From the NCBI GenBank assembly GCA_052327205.1, contig CM126221.1:55056001-55120000 (forward strand): a DNA stretch of 64,000 nucleotides, written 5' to 3'. A program made the translations under genes and the position numbers. Below the pieces are notes generated by a model that was not told where the DNA came from, ran no database searches, and worked only from the letters and a program-made list of their open reading frames with translations. Below, one piece after another: positions 37,690 to 49,617 of the stretch (position 1 is its first letter; each line of letters starts with the position of its first letter). This DNA is from Somniosus microcephalus (taxonomy: Eukaryota).

Positions 37690-37995
37690 GGTGAGGTTTT
37701 CAAATCTTCCATCAAAACCAAAATATGGCTCTGTAACTGGTATAAGTGACGAGGTGTTGAACTGGGCCCCATCTATCTGTTCAGAGGGACAGAAAAGATC
37801 CCATGGCACTGTTCAATTAGGAGCAGGGAGTTCTCCAGGTCCCCTGGCCAACACTGCTCACTTAACCAGCACCACCAAAAGGTTTCTTCGAAATGACTGA
37901 CCCTGTCCGTCAGAAGACATTCCATTGGCTGTGAAGTGCTTTGAGGTGTCCTGAAGAAGTGATCAGGTGCTGTAGAACTGCAAGCTCGTCTTTCT
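37690..37995 (+). mobile_element. Degenerate SacSINE1-like SINE
   Basis: aaaagatcccatggcact...gagcagggagttctcc...cattggctgtgaagtgctttgagg. Confidence 0.7.
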
Positions 37996-38719
37996 GTGCT
38001 GTGTTCTTACACGGGTGGGAGCCAGGCTCTGCGTGCTCTTGAGGACAAGGAAAGTACAGTTTCCTATCGTGTGGTGGCATTAGACTATAGAACTTTAGTT
38101 GCTGCTCAGGATTGATGTGTACTGGAATAGTGTCCTGTTCTCTGGTTTGTTTGGATTTAATTTGCTTTAGTGACTGCTGCTTTGCTATACAGTGAGTCCA
38201 ATGAGCACACCACCATATGGCCTTTTTGAGTATACAGTAAGCTCCCTCATTCATAACTTATGTGGTTGATTCCCTGCTCTTTGCATGTTTTCCCTGGCCT
38301 TGATTCATGTGCAGTGTCTTTCATTATTATGGGGTATTATGGTATGCTTGTGTATATGAAGCAAGAGAAGATACAGTTCTATGGGGAAAGAGCTGGGCAG
38401 TGGAAGTCCAGAGCCAGTGCAGGCATATGTCACATGGCTTTTGTGCTGTAAATCCTGTGGTTCTATATATTGATCCCAAACTAACTTTGGTTGTTTCACC
38501 TTTTTTTGCAATGCATGCCTTTACCAACTGATGGGAACAAATGTTTATTTTCTCTGCCTAGCTTTGTGGATTGAAAGATTCTCTCTCGGATGCTACCTCT
38601 GCTCACACAGTGGGTAAATGGACCATCCCATGTGGCACAGGCTTGATCCCTGGTCTGTGCAGAGTGAGCTGGGGCAATGTTCGGACATTGGCACCTGTGG
38701 GCTAGGGAGGGGGAAACCG

Positions 38720-39237
38720 TGCCGGGAGCTGGTGGGGGGGCCGGGCCTGTACCCGGGAGCTGGTGGGGGGGCCGGGCTTGTACCCGGGAGCTGGTGGGGG
38801 GAGTGGCGGGCCTGTACCCGGGCCGGGAGCTGGTGGGGGGGCCGGGCCTGTACCCGGGAGCTGGTGGGGGGGCCGGGCCTGTACCCGGGTCGGGAGCTGG
38901 TCGGGGGGCCGGGCCTGTACCCGGGTCGGGAGCTGGTGGGGGGGCCGGGCCTGTACCCGGGTCGGGAGCTGGTGCGGGGGGGCCGGGCCTGTACCCGGGG
39001 GCTGGTGTGGGGGCCGGTCCTGTACCCGGGGGCTGGTGTGGGGGCCGGGCCTGTACCCGGGGGCTGGTGTGGGGGCCGGGCCTGTACCCGGGGGCTGGTG
39101 TGGGGGCCGGGCCTGTACCCGGGGGCTGGTGTGGGGGCCGGGCCTGTACCCGGGGGCTGGTGTGGGGGCCGGGCCTGTACCCGGGGGCTGGTGTGGGGGC
39201 TGGGCCTGTACTCTGGCCGGGAGCTGGTGCGGGGGGT
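38720..39237. repeat. 31/36-bp G-rich minisatellite (~16 copies)
   Basis: Unit gggggctggtgtgggggccgggcctgtaccc and gggagctggtgggggggccgggcctgtaccc variants. Confidence 0.96.
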
Positions 39238-39306
39238 AGACTGTGCATACAATGCTGTGTCCTCCTGCCAGTATGGATGTTATGAATCAGTGATTCTGTT
39301 TTGCAG

Positions 39307-39461
39307 CTAAAGAATGTGGAGCTGCAAGCTGAGCTGCTACAGAGTACAGTGCTGGATCTGGAGACCAAACTTGGGGAAGCTCGAGCACGATGTAGGGAAA
39401 AGGACAGCATCCTGGAGAATCAGAAGCAGAAGGAGGTGGAGCTGGTCTCCACAGTTCATGG
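39307..39461 (+). CDS. CEP85: CEP85 coding exon 8
   Basis: LKNVELQAELLQSTVLDLETKLGEARARCREKDSILENQKQKEVELVSTVH; ttgcag / gtaaag; phase 0-2. Confidence 0.9.
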
Positions 39462-40360
39462 GTAAAGTAACCTGCTGGCTGGTGCTTGTATTTACTGTTC
39501 TGGTCTGATCCTGTGGATTGATGTATACCTACAGGAACAGGTCCAGGTCTGGGACTGGAATTCAAGTTAATAGTAAAACCGGATGACCATTTCCCCCTCC
39601 CTCACCCCATCAGTCTGCTGTGGTGTAAAACAGGAAATGCTGGCATTACCGGGTAGGTCGGTCAGGAGCTAATGCACAGGGTGGGATAGCATTTTAGGTG
39701 GTGCCCCATTCAATACTGGAGCCTGTCACTTCTTTCTCTTAGATGCTGAGTGACCTGCGGTGCATTTCCAGCATTTGCAGTGACTCCATTTTGCAAATGT
39801 CTGGAATGCTGAAGTGCTAAATAAGGAGCAGTGAAGTGGGAGGCTATTCCTGGGAAGGTGGGAGAGGGAAAACATTCTAAGTAATTGGGATTTTCTTGAA
39901 TAAGTTCAGAATTGTGAGCTGTGTGCAAATCTGAATTCAGAGGAGCTGAATTTACACTTGCAGACGATGCTCGCTACTGATGAGTGCGCTCCCATGACGA
40001 GGGACCCTGCCAGTGATTCCATCAGCACCCACTATCAATAATGTGACTCGTAGGATTGATCAAAATAAACAAAGTTATTAATTGCTATTTGTAGCCCTTT
40101 TGATTATTCTGATGGAAACTCTAAGGTTACCCTGGCAAGGTAAGGTTGTGTCGCTGCTCCATGTGCCCAACTTAAGTGACCACGTGCCAATGCTGACCCC
40201 TTGCCACTGAAAAAGGATCACTAGTACACTTAAATATTCATATCTTGTGCATATTAATGAGGCACGTGAATGTAAGTCCTGTACTGACTCTTATTCCTTC
40301 GCAGTTGATGCTGTCCTGAACCCGGACGGTGTGATTTCATGTCTCCTGTCTTCCCTTCAG

Positions 40361-40478
40361 CCTGCAGGAGAAAGTTGAAAAGTGTCTGGAGGATGGTGTG
40401 CGATTACCGATCCTGGATGTAGAGAAACTGAAGTGTGAGAGCAACAACCTGAAAGGGGATTATGAGCGAGCCATGAAG
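40361..40478 (+). CDS. CEP85: CEP85 coding exon 9
   Basis: LQEKVEKCLEDGVRLPILDVEKLKCESNNLKGDYERAMK; ttcag / gtgagc; phase 2-0. Confidence 0.92.
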
Positions 40479-41852
40479 GTGAGCCTTTACCGTTTCAGGG
40501 CAGACTCCTGTGATGAGGCAAGTGATTTATCGCTCAGAAACTCACATTGCACTGTCTGCAGGACTACTCGTGCAAATTTGCTGCACTGCATCAAGTGTAA
40601 CAGGATGTCTCAGCGCATCAAATCACTTGCCTTAACTTTAGATCTGTAGAAACTGCAAGGAAAGACATGTTGTGGGAAACCAATTACCAAGGCCACAGGT
40701 ACATGATTACTTTAAATCTGTGGCCCTTTTTATTTAGTGGGGTTTCTGGATATTTACCAGTGTTTCAGGGATTGTATTCTGGTGGCTTTGCTGTGGAAAC
40801 AGAAGCACATTGGGCTATGATGCAGGCAGAGGCTGCTGTTCCCTATAATCAGGCCAAATCAAAGTCTAGTTTAAGTACAGGGGATTCTGGATGTTTATTT
40901 GGTGCTTTCAAGATCATATTCCTCAATTCATGAAAAAAGAAACTGACAATTTCTGATGCAAGTGATGCCTTTTTGTGCGAGTAAATCTTCAGGGTGAGGA
41001 AAGGGTCTGTCTTTCTGCTGTTTCAGAATGTGTCATAACTAAGGGCTCAGATGAGAAACGGGTCCCATAATTGGATATGGTGCGATTGGTAAGAATTCTG
41101 TTATGTGCAGAATCGTGGCAAGCATTATATAGAGGTGTTCTGCTTTATGTCTGGTTCCTGTGAAAGATCGCCCATGAGCCAAAGTGCATGTTTGTTAGGG
41201 ACACTCCATCACTATAGCAGCAGTAATATTCAACACTTTGCACTAATGGAGACTGTTTAAAGGGGTTGGTGATTGGTCTTGTAGAGCTACTTTACCCATC
41301 TCTTTTTGTTAAACTTGTTGATTCAGTAAGTGTTGCATCTATTCTGCACAGTCTTGCTGGGATGTACTTCACCTGATTTGTCTCTGATGACGTTTAACAA
41401 TATTGAGCAGCTGTGGCATCTGCTCCTGTCGTTTTACTACAGGATTGGCTTGTGTGTAAATACACAAAACAGCCCAAGTTTTATATAGAACTCAAACAGC
41501 AGTTTCAAAAGATAAGGGTTCTTTGAGTTGCCTCCCTGGAAAATATTAATTTAGAAACTGTTTAAATATTTGAGAATTCTCATGGCCTTTCATTATTCCC
41601 TGTGGGTATGTATGTGTGTGTGTGTGTATGTATGTCGCACCGCCACCCCCAACACACACTTTTCTAATGTTTTGTGTTTCAAGTATTTACTGTATCCACT
41701 ATCTTTTTTAAAAGGTAGTATGGATTCTGCTTCCACTATTTCTGGTTGGGCATTCCTTGTCTCAACAACCCTGTGTGTAAAATAATTAAACAAATAAATA
41801 TTTCTGCTAATCTGTGTTGTGCTGGTGATAATCTTTTGCCCTCTGAAAGGAC

Positions 41853-42254
41853 AAGAAAGACAGACTTGCATTTATATAGCACCTTTCATGACCCTCTGGA
41901 CGCCCCAAAGTGCGTTACAGCCAATGGAGTACATTTGAAGTGTAGACACTGGTGTAATGTAGGAAATGTGGCAGCCAACTTGTCAACAGCAAGCTCCCAT
42001 AAACAGCAATGTGATAATGACCAGATGATCTGCTTTTAGTGATGTTGGTTGAGGGATAATTAGTGGCCAGGGCACTGGGAATAACTCCCCCGCTCCTCTT
42101 CAAAATAGTGCCATAGGATCTTTTTACGTCCACTTGAGAGCAGACGGGGCCTCGGTTTAACTTCTCATCAGAAAGACGGCACCTCAGAGTGCAGCACTCC
42201 CTCAGTACTGCACTGGAGTGTCAGCCTAGATTTTTGTGCTCAAGTCTCTGGAGT
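41853..42254 (-). mobile_element. 5'-truncated SacSINE1/DeuSINE-like SINE
   Basis: Reverse complement closely matches 16440-16840. Confidence 0.88.
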
Positions 42255-42259
42255 TAGTA

Positions 42260-44018
42260 CGATAGCAAAATACTGCACATGCTGGAAATCCGAAATAACA
42301 GAAAATGCTGGAAAAATTCAGCAGGCCAGGCAACATCCGTGGAGAGAAAATAGTCAACGTTTCGGGTCAAAACCCTTTATCAAGACCGAAGAGGCACAGG
42401 GAATGAAATAGATTAAGAGGCCAGGCTGGGAGAGAACAAAAGAGAAGAGACATTAAGAGGTATTCAAAACGAGACGAGATGGTGATAGGACTAGTGGAGA
42501 CAAAAGACTGCTCTAGATTAGGTGTGAAATGTGCTGGCAGAATGGGAGACAGCTGCCATGTGGGAGAGGGGGAAAAAAAAGGAAAGGGGGAGGGGAGGGA
42601 AAGCCAAAACAAAGGTGTGGATAAAAAAATAAGTAAAAATGTAATAGGGGCTGAGGTTATGATCTGAAATTGTTGAATTCGACATTGAGTCCGGAAGGCT
42701 GTAACGTGCCTAATCGGAAGATGAGGTGCTGTTCCTCGAGTTTACGTTGAGCTTCCGTGGAACCATGCAAGAGGCAGAGGACGGCGAGGTCCGAGTGGGA
42801 ATGGGGCAGTGAATTAAAATGACAGGCGACCGGAAGCTTGGGGTCATCCTTACGGACTGAATGGAGGTGTTCCGCAAAGTGGTTACCCAATCTGCGTTTG
42901 GTCTCCCCAATGTAGAGGAGACAGCATCGTGATCAGCGAATACAGTATACTAGATTGCAAGAAGTACAAGTAAATCGCTGTTTCACCTGGAAGGGGTGTT
43001 TGGGGCCCTGGACAGTGGGAAGGGGGGAGGTATAAGGGCAGGTGTTACATCTGCACTTGCACAGGAAGGTGCCAGGGGAAGGGGTGCTGGGGGTGATAGA
43101 GGAGTGGACTAGGGTGTCTGAGGGAGTGGTCCCTACAGAATGCTGAAAGGGGAAGGGAGGGGAAGATGCGTTTGGTGGTGGGATCACTTTGGCGGAAATG
43201 GCGGAGGATGATCCGTTGAATGTGGAGGCTGGTGGGGTGAAAGGTGAGGACAAGGGGGAACCCTATCGTGGGTTCCGGGAGGGAGGGGCAGGGGTGAGGG
43301 CAGAAGTGCGGGAGATAGAATGGACACGGTTGAGGGCCGTGTCAACCACGGTAGAGGGGAATCCTCGGTTGAGGAAAAAGGAAGACATGTCGGAAGCACT
43401 GGTGTGGAAGGTGGCATCGTCGGAGCAGATGAGACGGAGAAACTGGGAGAATGGAATAGAGTCCTTACAGGAGGCGGGGTGGGAGGAAGTGTAGTCCAGG
43501 TAGTTGTGGGAGTCCGTGGGCTTGTAGTGAGTATTGGTTAATAACCTATCCCCAGAGATGGAGACGGAGAAGTCAGGGAAGGGAAGAGTCAGAGATGGAC
43601 CATGTGAAGGTGAGGGAAGGGTGGAAATTGGAGGCAAAGTGAAGGAAATTGTCTAGTTCAGGGCAAGAGCAGGAAACGGCACTGATAGTCATCAATGTAT
43701 CGGAAAAAGAGGTGAGGGAGGGGACCCGAGTAGGACTGGAACAAGAGTGTTCCACATATCCCACGAAAAGGCAGGCATAGCTAGGACCCATGCGGGTACC
43801 CATAGCAACACCTTTGATTTGGAGGAAATGAGTGGAGTTAAAGGAGAAGTTGTTCAATGTGAGAACAAGTTCAGCCAGGCGGAGGAGGGTAATGGTGGAT
43901 GGGGACTGGTCGGGCCTCTGTTCAAGGAAGAAGCGGAGCGCCCTCAGGCCATCCTGGTGGGGGAATGGAGGTGTAAAGGGATTGTACGTCCATGGTGAAA
44001 AGGAAGCGGTCGGGTCTA
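42260..44018 (-). mobile_element. Penelope-like retroelement, 5'-truncated (RT + GIY-YIG + pseudo-LTR)
   Basis: LTLNNFSFNSTHFLQIKGVAMGTRMGPSYACLF; YKPTDSHNYLDYTSSHP; NLVYCIR..YIGET; FAEHL..PVACHFN..LEEQHLIFRLGTLQPSGLN; apparent TSD tggagttagt at 42249 and 44019. Confidence 0.92.
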
Positions 44019-44984
44019 TGGAGTTAGTTACTGACTCACTGACCAATGGATTTAGTTTATCAAAAACCCCTAATCATTTTGAACACTTCTGTCCGATCTC
44101 CTCTTGAACTTTGTTCTAATGAAGATTCAGTTTCTCTCGTCTTTCCTTATAACTGAAGCCTCGTCCCTGGGATAATTTTAGTAAATCTCTTCAGTATCAT
44201 CAGGGCCTTGTCATTGTTCCTAAACTAGGACATAAAAACTGGGCACAGTATTCTAACTGCAGCCTAATCAATGATTTGTTGGGTTTAGCATTACCTCTAT
44301 GCTTTTATACTCTGCCCCACTTATAAAACCTAGGATCCCGGATGCTTTTTTATAGGTTTATCGACTTGTCGTTAGAATTTGTGTATCTGCTCTGGTACTC
44401 CTTTTAAAGTTTTCCATTGGGTGCATGTTTCCTCATTCCTCCTCACAGAATGCATCACCTCACATTTGTCAGCATTGAATTTCATCTGACATCTATGCTC
44501 TCCAGTCACTTGCAGCCCTCATCACAGCTGGTCTCTCTCTCTCATTGCATGTTTTGATATTGTGCCCTGTATTTGTTTGTTCATAGATCTGACCAGCTTT
44601 GGGCACTTAATGTATGTTTCGATGATCACTAGCCTCAAGTGCAGGGAGCAATGTCCAATTCTAAAACTCCAAATATGTAATCTGACACACTTTCCTCCTC
44701 CCTGCATTCTTGTTATGTTGAAATCAAGACTCATTACACGTGTCCTACTCCTAACTCATTTTTTGCCTGGACCTCAAAACAGTGGAATCACTCATTGTCA
44801 TGATTTTCAGATATTTGTCTTCCTGCCCCCCACCTTGTTTGCTCCTAGCTGTCAGATAATTGAAGAATGATCATCAGACTGTGACTAACTTAAAAACTAC
44901 AAATCAGCTTTACTAAATAAGCAAAAATGACATTAACTCCTCTATATTTTCTCTTTAAACCAATTTTTAATAGTTTGCTGTCCT

Positions 44985-45450
44985 AGATTGATTGATTGGA
45001 TGTCTGGGCTGAGAGTGCTGTCCTATGAAGAGAGATTGAGTAGAATTCCTATATTTGCTGGAGTTTAGAAGAATGAGGTGATCTAGTTGAAACATAATAA
45101 AATTCTTCCAAGACTTGACTGGGTAGATGCTGAGAAGCTGTTTGCCCTGGCTGGAGAGTCTAGAACTAGGGGTCAGAGTCTCCGGATAAGGGGTCAGCCA
45201 TTTAGAATTGAAATGAGAAATTTCTTCACTGAGGGTTGTGAATCTTTGGACTTCTCTACCCCAGAGGGCTGTGGATGTGCAGTCAATGAGTATATTCAAG
45301 ACTGAGAGCAATAGATATTTGGATAATAAGGGAATCAAGGGATTTGGGGATCGGGTGGGAAAGTGGAGTTGAGGTCAATGATCAGCCATGATCTTATTGA
45401 ATGGCGGAGCAGGCTCAAAGGGCTGTATAGCCTACTCCTATTTCTTATGC
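44985..45450 (+). mobile_element. CR1 3' fragment
   Basis: AGESRTRGQSLRIRGQPFRIEMRNFF; tail gaatggcggagcaggctc..cctactcc. Confidence 0.88.
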
Positions 45451-45899
45451 TCTTTCCCTAATTCATGCCTCTTGATCTTCTCTAGTAATCTCCTATGTGG
45501 TAGCGTTAGAAATGGAGCACCTCAACCCTGTCCATTGATTTGAAAAAAATAAGAATTCAGTCACTTGCCTGTTATCGGGGATTTATTTTTCCAGTAGCGC
45601 TTTCACCAGTGACTGAGCACCACATTCTTCATGTGGGAGAGGCAGTGTACTCATTTATCCTGCCGTGTCAGATGATCTAGTTTCTTTTGTGTAAATACCA
45701 GTATATAAACAATCACTACCAAATATCTTGTCCTGGCCATGTGTGTCCTACCTTTCTCTGCATATAATCCAGATGGAGAAATCAATATGCTGGTGTTGGT
45801 AATAGAAGTGCAGTTGTGCTGTGTAAAGTGATCTGAAGGCCAGAACTAATTATGATCCTTCAGATGCTGCTTCTAATTCATTATATGTTTACTTATTAG

Positions 45900-45950
45900 A
45901 TTATAGATAAACAACAGAAGAAAATGGAGCGGCTCACCTCACAAATACAG
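45900..45950 (+). CDS. CEP85: CEP85 coding exon 10
   Basis: IIDKQQKKMERLTSQIQ; ttattag / gtaagg. Confidence 0.88.
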
Positions 45951-46389
45951 GTAAGGAGACTTCAAAAACACAACCACCTGAAACAAAGTAAATGACACTC
46001 CCCTCCACTTGAAGAGCTGCATTCAGTTCCAGCCCAGAATGATAGGATGAAAGTCTCGAATCTCTGCCTTTGAATGGCCTGTGTGGTGAACGTGGGCAGT
46101 CGCAGCACAATTCCTGGTGGGTGTTGGCGCTACAGCAAAAAAACACTCTCCAGTTTGGCAGTGGCAATCTCTCTCTGGCCATTAGGATGGTTGGTGCAGG
46201 AACTGGTGTAGTAACCGGGCTGGAGATACATAGACTAACTCTAGATGGAAGGTTACTCTGCATCCTGTCATGCTTTTCCTGATGTGGAAATGCACTAGGA
46301 AAAGCAATTATATTAAAATTGAGCAGAAAAAGCAGCTGATTATTGCAGGACTGACTGTTTTTGTTGGGTGTCTTGTACCTGCTCAGAGA

Positions 46390-46560
46390 TGAATTACTGT
46401 ACATAGAATGTACAGCAGAGAAACAGGCCACTTGGCCCAGCTGGTCTAATACTGGTGTTTATGCTCAATGAGCCTCCTCCCACCCTACTTCATCACACCC
46501 AATCAGTATATCCTATTCTTTTTTCCCTCATGTACTTATCTAGCTTCCCCTTAAATGGAG
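46390..46560 (-). mobile_element. Short CR1 3' tail fragment
   Basis: Same tail as 11590-11750 (catagaat.tacagca.agaaacaggcca...tacttatc.agcttcc). Confidence 0.75.
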
Positions 46561-46930
46561 TTTACTTTCTACCAAATAACACTTTTGATAAAGGAACCTG
46601 TAAAACTTCAAGTTTGCAGTTGTGTTGAGCATCTCCGGGCTAGTGAGCAGGAATAATCAACGTTCCAGACCTGACGGCTATCCAGTGACCACTGCGGTCA
46701 ATGAGTGTGTGGGTGTCTTGTGAGGACAAGATTGGGCTTGGCTATGATGCCACCATGGTGGAATAGTCTGTCAACACTCACGATTTAAGGTGAAGTCATG
46801 AAGTTCTGCTAGCCACCGTGGAACTGTTCACCAGTCAGTCAGTGCTTCGAGGAGAGGAGGGAACAGTTGGAGTGATGGTGAAGATCGTTAAAATATTTTA
46901 ATTTCTATCTCCCTCTATCCTGATCTGTAG

Positions 46931-47038
46931 GCCCTGGACGAACGTGTGGCACAGGAAGAAGGAACAAGCCAGGGTCTTCGAGAGGAGCTATCTGGGAAGG
47001 AGAACAGATCACAGTTACTGAGAAAGGCCATGAAAGAG
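46931..47038 (+). CDS. CEP85: CEP85 coding exon 11
   Basis: ALDERVAQEEGTSQGLREELSGKENRSQLLRKAMKE (VAQEEGTSQ is CEP85-specific as remembered); tag / gtgaga. Confidence 0.94.
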
Positions 47039-48967
47039 GTGAGAACTGAAGGAGCTAATGGCTGCTTTCAGATCCCTTAAGACACGCCCTAGTGCTGCCA
47101 GTTCCCAAACTCACTAAAACAGGCTGTTGGAATGACCCATGTTTAGCCGGTCTTCTATGCTGCTAGGTCTTGGCAAGTCTGAACATTTGGCTTGTGGCTG
47201 TCCGAACAAAAGCCATGCTTTGTGAATCAGCAGTTAACACGGATCCTGCGCAGTGTAAAAGCAGCTATTGAGTATTGACTATGAAAGAGAATCTGAGTGT
47301 TGGGGAGTATTGAATGATGATCTCTGGGACACAAACGGTTACACACCCCCAATCAATATGATTCAGATAAATTCCTTTGTATGTGGTCAAATGGTTTAGT
47401 CGTTCATCCTTGACCATTCTGATCCATAATTGTGACTTTGGAACTGGTCATGAAAGAATTACTAACAGTTGAGTGTTTCATCCACCCAGAGAGGGGAAGA
47501 AATTGTTGGCATTCGATTCACGGCACCTGTTAGACATTCACCAGCGTGCCTTACTGTTGCCTGTGGACTCCGCCCTGGGCCACACTGGCACCTTGGCTGA
47601 ACAAGGGGTTGAGATATTGGGGGAAGCGAGAACAGGAATGAGCAACTCCTGCAAGAACTTGATCCTCGATCTGCACGTGTACACCCATATCATGCATGCA
47701 CGCTCCTATTTAACAGCAGGTCCAGAATCAACTAGCTGCTCTCCATTTTCTAAAGGGTGCATGGTGCAGCCTGCAGGTAGTTTATATGACCCAACTGTAG
47801 CTCTACACTAATTGTGGCTGGTTTTAAAGCAGTCATTATGTTCAGTCCCAGTTTAATATTTTGGTTTTAATTTGTATTTTTATTTTCTCCATGCACTGCT
47901 CACTGTTGCCCAAGTAACCTGCTCCCAGATCTATAATCAGCCTTTAGAAGTCACCTGGATAGCGCACTCCCACCTTTGCTCTCTTCCAATGCCTTCCATA
48001 ATTGCACAGCTGCAAACCAGAGGTCGCAATGGAGGCAGCTGTGGGTGTAGAACCACACCCTCCGTGGTGCAGTCTGCTGCACGCTGCTGCCTTCAGGTAA
48101 CAACAACTCTGTTCAAAGCTACACATACTTTGATGTCGGGAAGAGTCCATACTCTTGAGTTAATGTACACAGCTGGAAATTAGCCAGTTTTGCATTGGTG
48201 TCTGATGGTCCACAGATGGCAGGTATGTAACCTGTCCAAGCTCATTGTGACTGAATATGGAGTTTGTGTTTCCCTGATTATTGGTGTAAATCTGCTCTGT
48301 GGAAACTCATGTCTGACTGGAATACTGTGCCACGTGACCATGCATGAGGCCCAGCTGCCTCCTGCTCTACCTGAAGGTGCTGAGGCAAGCTCCTCCTGTG
48401 ATGGGCAGTCACGGGTTGGAGGGGACCATTGACCTGCTCTTGCAATCCTGTGACTCTGTGCAGAGCCCTTCAGACGGGTCACCCGTCTGCTATTTTGGGT
48501 GAAAAGGTGTCTGGTGTGCCAAGAAAAGAACCAGCATCAAACCAAGAATAATGTAGCCCCAAAAAGAAATGCCAGAAAAACCTGCGGCACAAAGTGGGTT
48601 TGTCAGGTGGTCTAAAAATGAAGGGAGGGTTGTTGCTCCCTGAGGTAGTGCCTCAAGTGCCCCAAAATAAGCCTCTGCCCCAACCTTGGAGCATTTCCTC
48701 ATACTGCAACTTGGCGTCCCTGCTACCTGGGGGGGGGGGGGGGGGCCCTCCGTTCTGATCTGTATATTTTGGCCATTTTCAATTTTTGCCCTAATGAGAT
48801 TGGTGCTTTCAGGAGGGGGCAGGGAGCAAGTTGGAAAATAATTTAGCAACAATTTTACAGTGCACAGTTGTATGAAACAATTAGAGCAAGTACATAGTTT
48901 CCGCTCAGATTAGAGAACCGTTTTAAAAAGAAAATTAGATGCATAATTATGTTGCTCTGTATTCCAG

Positions 48968-49193
48968 CTTTCTGCCCAGAATCAGGAGCTGATTGAAAGG
49001 AACTTGACGCTTCAGGAGCAGTTGGGACAGTTGGACCAGAGCAAGCAGCTACCGACCGAGAGCATGCAGCTATCGGAGAGGCTGCATCGAGAGCTGGCCA
49101 GGAGTCTGTACGATCTACAGGCAATCTGCAACATCCTCACGCAGAGAGCCCAAGGCAAAGACCCCAACCTCTCCCTGCTGCTCGGGATCCAGC
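48968..49193 (+). CDS. CEP85: CEP85 coding exon 12
   Basis: LSAQNQELIERNLTLQEQL...DLQAICNILTQRAQGKDPNLSLLLGIQ; ccag / gtaagt; phase 0-1. Confidence 0.95.
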
Positions 49194-49279
49194 GTAAGTA
49201 CCTAGTGTGTCACCGCGCTGTCTTGTAACAATCCATTCCTGATTACAGCAGGTCAGCATCCAAAAGAGTATGGGTAGAG

Positions 49280-49617
49280 TATCGTAGTGTTGTTCTCTGG
49301 GTTACTAATCCAGTGACAATGAGTTCAAATCACACCGTGGCAGTTTTTAGAATTTTTTTTTTAAAATCTAAGTTAAAAAGCCGGCATCAGTAAAAGTAAC
49401 CATGAAGCTGTCGGATTGTCGTTTAAAAACCCAACTGGTTCACTGATTTCCTTACTCTGTCTGGCTGATATGTGACTCCAGTCCTACACTAATATGGTTG
49501 ACTCATAATTGCCCTCTGAAGTAACCCAGTGAGCCACTCTGCAATCAGGGCAGCTTAGGATGGGCAATAAATGCTGGCATTGCTGTTCCCACATCCTGAG
49601 AACGTATAATAAAATAA
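49280..49617 (+). mobile_element. tRNA-derived SINE sharing its 3' tail with the LINE at 1355-1865
   Basis: B-box-like gagttcaaatc; tail ggatgggcaataaatgctggc..cccacatcc. Confidence 0.7.

Larger units (their letters stand above)
41660..44520 (-). mobile_element. Old CR1 3' fragment (41660-41845 and 44025-44520) interrupted by a SINE and a Penelope element
   Basis: THRVVETRNAQPEIVEAES on the left piece; CR1 RT remnants (ttgaatttcatctg, gcacagtattctaactg) on the right piece. Confidence 0.65.

Noticed and set aside
38496-39410. Pro/Gly-rich ORFs on both strands
   Set aside because: Translations of the 31/36-bp minisatellite, not collagen or elastin-like genes.
39970-40000. CTGATGAG hammerhead or C/D-box candidate
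   Set aside because: No GAAA after a stem II, and no convincing terminal stem or D box.
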